A stretch of DNA of 64,000 nt from Scyliorhinus canicula (lineage: Eukaryota): the NCBI RefSeq assembly GCF_902713615.1, contig NC_052154.1, positions 80,641,072 to 80,705,071 of the forward strand, given 5' to 3'. The translations under genes were made by a program, and so were the position numbers. Shown here piece after piece: positions 21,701-30,700 of the stretch; the first letter of the stretch is position 1, and every line of letters starts with the position of its first letter. The notes beneath the pieces were generated by a model that made no database searches, was not told the origin of the DNA, and saw nothing but the letters and a program-made list of their open reading frames with translations.

Positions 21701-24700
21701 GGCAGATCTTTTGACAATCCTTTGTGGCGACCATAATAGCCCTCCCACCTCAAGTCCATTTCTCCCTTAGTACTCCCACGGTAAGGAGGTCTCTTCTGCA
21801 TTTTCGCAATCCGTCTGAAGTCCGTCGAGGGTGGAACTGGATCTGGAGGTGTGAACCGAATTGGAGATCTTCGCTTCCAGAGGGATCGTTGAAGAGTTGC
21901 TGACACGGGTTCCTCCTTGGTGCCTGCTTCAGTCGGAAGCCAGCTTCCTCTGCTTCCATCTTGGAATCCGAGTCCATGCTATTAGAGGAAATGGGTGCAG
22001 GATTCCCTTCTGGATGTTTCCCTACACTCGCGGCAGCCACCTCTGTGGCTGGTAGTGAGGCTTGTACAGGGATAGACCCCCCTACCTCTGAGATGGTCCC
22101 GGTGTTCCCTCATGATCTTACCCTGGTCCTTTACTTTGTAGGACATACTGGTTCCTTTTTCTCCATTATGACTTCAGGGATCCAGCTGGAGTCATCTTGG
22201 AGATTCTTCACATAGACCAGATCACCTGTCTTGAATATTCTTTCTGTTTACGCAGAACCATAATTTATTTTCTGGTTCTCTTGTTGGGACACCATCCTCC
22301 CTGCCAGGTTTGAGAATAGTTGGCTTAGTTTCGTGCAAAGCCGTCGGCCCATTAATCGTTCCACAAGGGAGATTCCTGTTGTTGTATGAGGAGTGGTCCT
22401 ACAATTGAATAAAAATCGTACCAATTTGGTCTTTATTGACAATGCCGGTTGTATTTTCATGCTGATTATAAAGGTTTGCACCGCCCATTCTTCCAGCCCA
22501 TTTGATGATGGGTGTTAAGGCACTGTTCTAATGTTTCTGAAACCATTAGATTGCGTGAAGCTTTGGAACTCACCACTGGTGACGGTATTGTCATTGTTGG
22601 AAACCAGGGTTTCCTGTATGACATGTGTGCACAAGCTCTGTCATAGTTTTTCGCTCGTAGAGTGGGAGGCCATGAAACCTATGTGGAGCGTGCATCTACC
22701 AGGATCAAAAATATGGAACCTATTAAAAGGCCCGGCAAAGTCCATGTGCACGTGAGCCCACAGCCTGCCTCCCACTCCCAAGGGTACAGGGAGCCTGAAG
22801 GAGGGACGTTCTAATTATCCTGGCATAAATCGCAGTGCTTCACCAAGTCTGTGATGTCTGAATCGAGACTGGGCCACCAGACATAGCTCTTGGTAAGCAT
22901 TTTCATTATAGATACCCCAGTGTGGCCATTATGTAGTTCCAGTCGAATTGGGCACCGTTCTGGGCAGGGGCCAACTACCTGAGACCCCACAGAATGATAC
23001 CATCCTCAACACTGAGTTCATATTTCTTGTTCAGATAAGATTTCGTTTCTTCAGGAGGTTGTCCTTGGATTCTGCCGTTCAGGATCGTGTGCTTCAATTT
23101 TGAGAGTCTTTTTGCACTCGAGTGTGGATTTGTTTTACTGGTAAATTCTCTAAAAATGTAAGGCCATCAAGACCTCTTCCAATGCTGACAGGGAGCCAGG
23201 CTATTGGGCATCGGGAGGCAAATCAAGTATAAACATTAGCTATTAACTTTCCTGGGCTGTGCTCTAATAGATATTCGTAAGCTGCAAGTAACATGGCCCA
23301 ACGTTGTATCTGGGCGGAGCCAAAGGGGAGGCGGGGGGGATTGCTTTATCCTCTTTAAAATGCCCCAATAAGGACTTGCGGTCTGTCACAATTAAAAATC
23401 CGTCTGCAGTAGAAGTATCGGGGAAATCTTTTTACACCAAACATGACAGCAATTCCCTCCTTCTCAATTTGAGAATACCTCAATGGATACCTCAGGGATG
23501 GTGCAGGCGGGAGGGATTCAGATTTCTGGATAACTGGGGCTCTTTCTGGGGAAGGTGGGACCTCTATAGACAGGATGGTCTACATCTGAACCTGAGGGGC
23601 ACCAATATCCTGGGGGGGAGATTTGTTAGTACTCTTTGGGGGGGTTTAAACTAATTCAGCAGGGGCATGGGAACCTGGATTGTAGTTTTGGGGTGCGAGA
23701 GATTGAGAGTAGAGAGGTCAGGAGCACAGTTTTGACTTCGCAGGAGGGCGGCAGTGTTCAGGTCTGTGGTTTGAAGTGTGTCTATTTCAATGCCAGGAGT
23801 ATACGAAATAAGGTAGGGGAACTGGCAGCATGGGTTGGTACCTGGGACTTCGATGTTGTGGCCATTTCGGAGACATGGATAGAGCAGGGACAGGAATGGT
23901 TGTTGCAGGTTCCGGGGTTTAGGTGCTTTAGTAAGGTCAGAGAAGGGGGCAAAAGAGGGGGAGGTGTGGCGCTGCTAGTCAAGGACAGTATTACGGTGGT
24001 AGAAAGGATGCAAGATGGGGACTCTTCTTCCGAGGTAGTATGGGCTGAGGTTAGAAACAGGAAAGGAGAGGTCACCCTGTTGGGAGTTTTCTATAGGCCA
24101 CCTAATAGTTCTAGAGATGTAGAGGAAAGGATGGCGAAGATGATTCTGGAAAAGAGCGAAAGTAACAGGGTAGTTGTTATGGGAGACTTTAACTTTCCTA
24201 ATATTGACTGGAAAAGATATAGTTCGAGTACATTGGATGGGTCGTTCTTTGTACAATATGTGCAGGAGGGTTTTCTGACACAATATGTTGACAGGCCAAC
24301 AAGAGGTGAGGCCACTTTGGATTTGGTTTTGGGTAATGAACCAGGCCAGGTGTTAGATCTGGAGGTAGGTGAACACTTTGGAGACAGTGACCACAATTCG
24401 GTAACCTTTACGTTAGTGATGGAAAGGGATAAGTATACCCCGCAGAGCAAGAGTTATAGCTGGGGGAAGGGCAATTATGATGCCATTAGACATGACTTAG
24501 GATGTGTTGGTTGGAGAAGTAGGCTGCAAGGGTTGGGCACACTGGATATGTGGAGCTTGTTCAAGGAACAGCTATTGCATGTTCTTGATAAGTACGTACC
24601 AGTCAGGCAGGGAGGAAGGGGTCGAGCGAGGGAACCGTGGTTTACCAAAGAAGTGGAATCTCTTGTTAAGAGGAAGAAGGAGGCCTATGTGAACATGAGG

Positions 24701-27700
24701 CGTGAAGTTTCAGTTGGGGCGCTTGATAGTTACAAGGAAGCGAGGAAGGATCTAAAGAGAGAGCTGAGACGAGCAAGGAGGGGACATGAGAAGTCTTTGG
24801 CAGGTAGGATCAAGGAAAACCCAAAAGCTTTCTATAGGTATGTCAGGAATAAAAGAATGACTAGGGTAAGAGTAGGGCCAGTCAAGGACAGTGGTGGGAA
24901 GTTGTGTGTGGAGGCTGAGGAGATAAGCGAGATACTAAATGAATACTTTTCGTCAGTATTCACTCAAGAAAAAGATAATATTGAGGAGGAGAATGCTGAG
25001 ACCCAGGCTATTAGAATAGATGGCATTGAGGTGCGTAGGGAAGAAGTGTTGGCAATTCTGGACAAGGTGAAAATAGATAAGTCCCCGGGGCCGGATGGGA
25101 TTTATCCTAGGATTCTCTGGGAAGCCAGGGAAGAGATTGCTGAGCCCTTGGCTTTGATTTTTAGGTCATCATTGGCTACAGGAATAGTGCCAGAGGACTG
25201 GAGGATAGCAAATGTGGTCCCTTTGTTCAAGAAGGGGAGTAGAGATAACCCCGGTAACTATAGGCCGGTGAGCCTAACGTCTGTGGTGGGTAAAGTCTTG
25301 GAGAGGATTATAAAAGATACGATTTATAATCATCTAGATAGGAATAATATGATTAGGGATAGTCAGCATGGTTTTGTGAAGGGTAGGTCATGCCTCACAA
25401 ACCTTATCGAGTTCTTTGAGAAGGTGACTGAACAGGTAGACGAGGGTAGAGCAGTTGATGTGGTGTATATGGATTTCAGTAAAGCGTTTGATAAGGTTCC
25501 CCACGGTCGGCTATTGCAGAAAATACGGAGGCTGGGGATTGAGGGTGATTTAGAGATGTGGATCAGAAATTGGCTAGTTGAAAGAAGACAGAGAGTGGTA
25601 GTTGATGGGAAATGTTCAGAATGGAGTTCAGTTACGAGTGGCGTACCACAAGGATCTGTTCTGGGGCCGTTGCTGTTTGTCATTTTTATAAATGACCTAG
25701 AGGAGGGCGCAGAAGGATGGGTGAGTAAATTTGCAGACGACACTAAAGTCGGTGGAGTTGTAGACAGTGCGGAAGGATGTTGCAGGTTACAGAGGGACAT
25801 AGATAAGCTGCAGAGCTGGGCTGAGAGGTGGCAAATGGAGTTTCATGTGGAGAAGTGTGAGGTGATTCACTTTGGAAAGAATAACAGGAATGCGGAATAT
25901 TTGGCTAATGGTAAAATTCTTGGTAGTGTGGATGAGCAGAGGGATCTCGGTGTCCATGTACATAGATCCCTGAAAGTTGCCACCCAGGTTGATAGGGTTG
26001 TGAAGAAGGCCTATGGTGTGTTGGCCTTTATTGGTAGAGGGATTGAGTTCCGGAGCCATGAGGTCATGATGCAGCTGTACCAAACTCTGGTACGGCCGCA
26101 TTTGGAGTATTGCGTACAGTTCTGGTCGCCTCATTATAGGAAGGACGTGGAAGCTTTGGAACGGGTGCAGAGGAGATTTACCAGGATGTTGCCTGGTATG
26201 GAGGGAAAATCTTATGAGGAAAGGCTGATGGACTTGAGGTTGTTTTCGTTAGAGAGAAGAAGGTTAAGAGGTGACTTAATAGAGGCATACAAAATGATCA
26301 GAGGGTTAGATAGGGTGGACAGCGAGAGCCTTCTCCCGCGGATGGAGGTGGCTAGCACGAGGGGACATAGCCTTAAATTGAGGGGTAATAGATATAGGAC
26401 AGAGGTCAGAGGTGAGTTTTTTACGCAAAGAGTGGTGAGGCCGTGGAATGCCCTACCTGCAACAGTAGTGAACTCGCCAACATTGAGGGCATTTAAAAAT
26501 TTATTGGATAAGCATATGGATGATAAGGGCATAGTGTAGGTTAGATGGCCTTTAGTTTTTTTTTTCCATGTCGGTGCAACATCGAGGGCCGAAGGGCCTG
26601 TACTGCGCTGTATCGTTCTAACCTTCTAAATCCACTTGGCATCCAAGAGAGTGCTGGATGCACAGCAATGGGCCTTTCTGTCCAGCAGTGTGAAAGTACC
26701 TCCCAACCCCGTAAGGGAAAGCAAAACGTGTCAGGATGAGTTCCTTTTAGAGGTTGAAATGGGCCAATAAATTGGACACATTAGCTGCCCTTTTACGTTC
26801 TCGAGGGCCTCCTCCTGTGGCGCCCACCAAGATCATTTCTGGCACTTTCGCAGTAGTATGGAGACAGGAGACAGCAAGGAGGCCAAATTCGGGATAAACC
26901 TCCTGTAATAATTTACTAATCCCAGGAAGGATTTCAATTACATTGTATTTCTTGGAGTTGTTGTTTCCTGATGGCTATTGCCTTGTCTTCCACTGTGCGT
27001 AGCCCCTTTTTTCTCCACCCAATAACCCAAATAGATCACTTTGCTTGCTTGGAAAACAATTTTCCTCTTTTCTGATGTGTACCAGCTTTTGAAAATCACT
27101 GCCAGACTTCTAAGTTTGCCAGGTGCTCTCGTCTGAAGTCGCCATCAGCAGAACGTCATCCAAGTACACTGGCATTTTAGGGAACCCTTGGAGTATGTTC
27201 TCCATCATCCGTTGGAATGTGGTGCATGCCGATGAGACCCCAAAAGGCAAGCGAGTATACTCAGAGAAGCCCTTATCCATGTTGATTTTAACATGTTTAG
27301 GGGAAGGCTTGTCTAATTGAAGATGAAGATAGGTGTGGCTCCTATCTAGCTTAGTGACTGTCTGGCCACCTGGTTTTTGTCTATTCACGGCAAGGGGTAC
27401 TCATCCAGTTTGGAAAGCAGGTTGACCATTAATCATAAGCTTAGAATTCCCACAGGGATGGAGCAATTTGTCCTGTTTAGAACATAGATCATAGAACATA
27501 GAACAGTACAGCACAGAACAGGCCCTTCGGCCCTCAATGTTGTGCCGAGCCATGATCACCCCACTTAAACCCACGTAACCCGCAACCCAACAATCCCCCC
27601 ATTAACCTTACACTACGGGCAATTTAGCATGGCCAATCCACCTAACCCGCACATCTTTGGACTGTGGGAGGAAACCGGAGCACCCGGAGGAAACCCACGC

Positions 27701-30700
27701 ACACACGGGGAGGACGTGCAGACTCCACACAGACAGTGACCCAGCCGGGAATCGAACCTGGGACCCTGGAGCTGTGAAGCATTGATGCTAACCACCATGC
27801 TACCGTGAGGCCCCGTTTAAGGATGGGAACGACAGAGAGTACTGCACACTCTGCGCATTACAAGGGTCTTATTATACCTAGCATTGGCGCCGGTCCCACT
27901 GCGCATGCGCAGACCTCCGGCGCCCATCTGATGCCGGGGATCGGCAGCTGGAGCGATGTGAGTCGCTCCAATGCCGTGCTAGCACCCTGTAGGGGTCAGA
28001 ATTGCTGCTCCTGAGGGCATGTTGACGCCGTCGAGAAACACGACAGTGTTTACAACGGCACCAACACTTAGCCTCATGATCAGAGAAACCCGCTCCCTAT
28101 TTCCCTACACACTTGGCAACGAATGCAAAGTGCCTGAAATGGCTTTTGAACTATCTCAAGACTTTCTGAATTTTTGTTGCCTATTGTGCCAGTGTGTTAT
28201 TTACATCCCGTTAAAGTTACAGACAGCTTTCCTTTCCCACCATTACTGACCTTGCTAGACCTCTTTGACTCTCCACCTTTTCCTGTAAACAATTATACAA
28301 ATGAGTTTACGACAGAGCATTCAGTTCAAGAAAATAAATAAATTACTTTCAACTCTTTAGAGAGAGACATTTTTACTTTCAAATAAACCAACAAGTTTAA
28401 CCTCTTATCATTTATTTATCTACTTTAGCCACTGAAACTCATATTTCACCACTAAATGTTGCCTACAAGAAGACTGATATGTTGTTTAAGACTGAGCAAT
28501 TCTCTCTGTCTTGCCTCATCTCTCTTTATTTTAAAGATACCACAATGGTCATTTATATATTGAATTTTCCATTCTTATTTTCACTAAGTTCCAAATAAGT
28601 CATCATACTCACTGCACCACCTTCCTGTAACATCATTTTAGTGAAATTAAGACTCATAACTCAACCACTAATTGCAGAACCCCTTACTTCCAAGAGTTTC
28701 CACTTCCTCTACAAGTCTACAGGAAATTGAAAACGTTTGTCACTGGTTGACTACTACTTCTGGAATTTGACTTTTTCCCTTCTGCACTCTTCAAACTTGG
28801 TTTTATCCAACACTGAGCCCTGGTCTATAACTTAGTTTCCTCAATTTGTAAAGAAGTCTATCTCCTCTTAGAATATAGTTATGAATTATATTTTACATTC
28901 TATCAAAATATGAAACAAAAATTGCCTTGTGAGAAAAAATGGAAACTAGTTCCCAAGGTTGTCTGTCACTGCAGCTGTAAATTAATTTTCAACCAACATT
29001 ACAAATATCAATGCTCTATGTGTCTTTGGCCAAAAGCTCAGCAGTTTCAATTTAATTAGTAAGTGCTGATTTAGTGTTGATAAATGAGATGGAGCATAGA
29101 ACATACAGTGCAGAAGGAGGCCATTCGGCCCATCGAGCCTGCACTTAAGCCCTCACTTCCACCCTTTCCCCATAGCCCAATAGTGGCATGTGGTGCAGTG
29201 GGTAGCACTGGGATTGAGGCGCTGAGAACCGGGGTTCGAATCCCACCCCTGGATCACTGTCCGTGTGGAGTTTGCACATTCTCCCCATTTCTCTGTGGGT
29301 TTCACCCCCATAACCCAAAGATGTGCAGGTTAGGTGGATTGGCCACACTAAATTGTCCATTAATTGGAAAAAATAATAATTTGGATACTCTAAATTTTGG
29401 GGCAGCATGGTAGCCTAGTGGTTAGCACAATTGCTTCACAGCTCCAGGGTCCCAGGTTCGATTCCCGGCTTGTGTCACTGTCTATGTGGAGTCTTCACGT
29501 TCTCCCCGTGTGTGCGTGGGTTTTCTCCAGGTGCTCCGGTTTCCTCCCACAGTCCAAAGGTTAGGTGGATTGGCCATGGTAAATTGCCCTTCGAGTCCAA
29601 AATTGCCCTTAGTGTTGGGTGGTGTTACTGGGTTATGGGGATAGGGTGGAGGTGTGGGCTTCGGTAGGGTGCTCTATCAAAAAAAAGAGTCGGTGCAGAC
29701 TCAATGGGCCGAATGACCTCCTTCTGCACTATAAATTCTATGAAACCCCATCGAACCTTTTTGGTCACAAAGGGCAGTTTATCATGGTCAATCCACATAA
29801 GCTGCACGTCTTTGGACTGTGGGAGGAAACAGGAGCACCCGGAGGAAACCCATGCAGACACATGGAGAACATGCAGACTCTGCACAGACAGTGACCCAGC
29901 GGGGAATCGAACCTGGGACCCTGGCACTGTGAAGCATCCACCTGTGCTACCGTGCTGCCCACCACCGTGATTTATGCATTAATTTTTTCTTAGGACTCTA
30001 TTGCAACTTCAAGTCTACATTCCGGAGTTATGGAGGTTGCTGGATGAATCAAGTCTGGCATATTCTTAACATATTTTAGTTCCAAGTTTGGATGGTGTGT
30101 AGCTTGGAGGAGAGGTGGTGGCCATGCCTCTGCTGCTTTTGTCCTTATTGTTTGCAGAAGTTGCAGGTTTGAAAGGTGCTGTTGAGTTTCTGCAGTGCAT
30201 CTTTGGTACACAATGCTGTCGGTCTGTGTTAGTGCTGGAGGGAGTGAATATTCAAGGTAGTGGATGGCAACTGATCAAGTGGGCTACTTTGTCCTGGATG
30301 GTGTCGAGCTTCTTGGATGAAGATGGAGCCACACTCATCCAAGCAAGTGGAGGGAATTGCGTCACACTCTTGACTCGTGCCTTGTAAATGTTGAGCAGGC
30401 TTTGGGGAGTCAGGAGGTGAGTTACTCTTGCAGTCACAGTATTTATAGCGCTGGTCTAGTTCAGTTTCTAGTCACCAGTAACCCCCAGGATATTGGTTGG
30501 AATTCTAATCTTTAATTTTTTATTAGTCTCACAAGCAGGCTTACATTAACACTGCAATAAAGGTACTGTGAAAATCCCCTAGTCACCACATTCCGGCGCC
30601 TATTTGGGTACACAGAAGGAGAATTAAGAATGTTCAGTTCACCTAACAAGCACGTCTTTTGGGACTTGTGGGTGGAAAATGGAGCACCTGGAGGAAACAC

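Noticed and set aside
28200-29090. Searched for an extra cytoplasmic exon with an ITIM in the AT-rich part of intron 4
   Set aside because: No convincing acceptor/donor pair; the sequence looks like a very old minus-strand LINE remnant. RNA-seq is needed to exclude one fully
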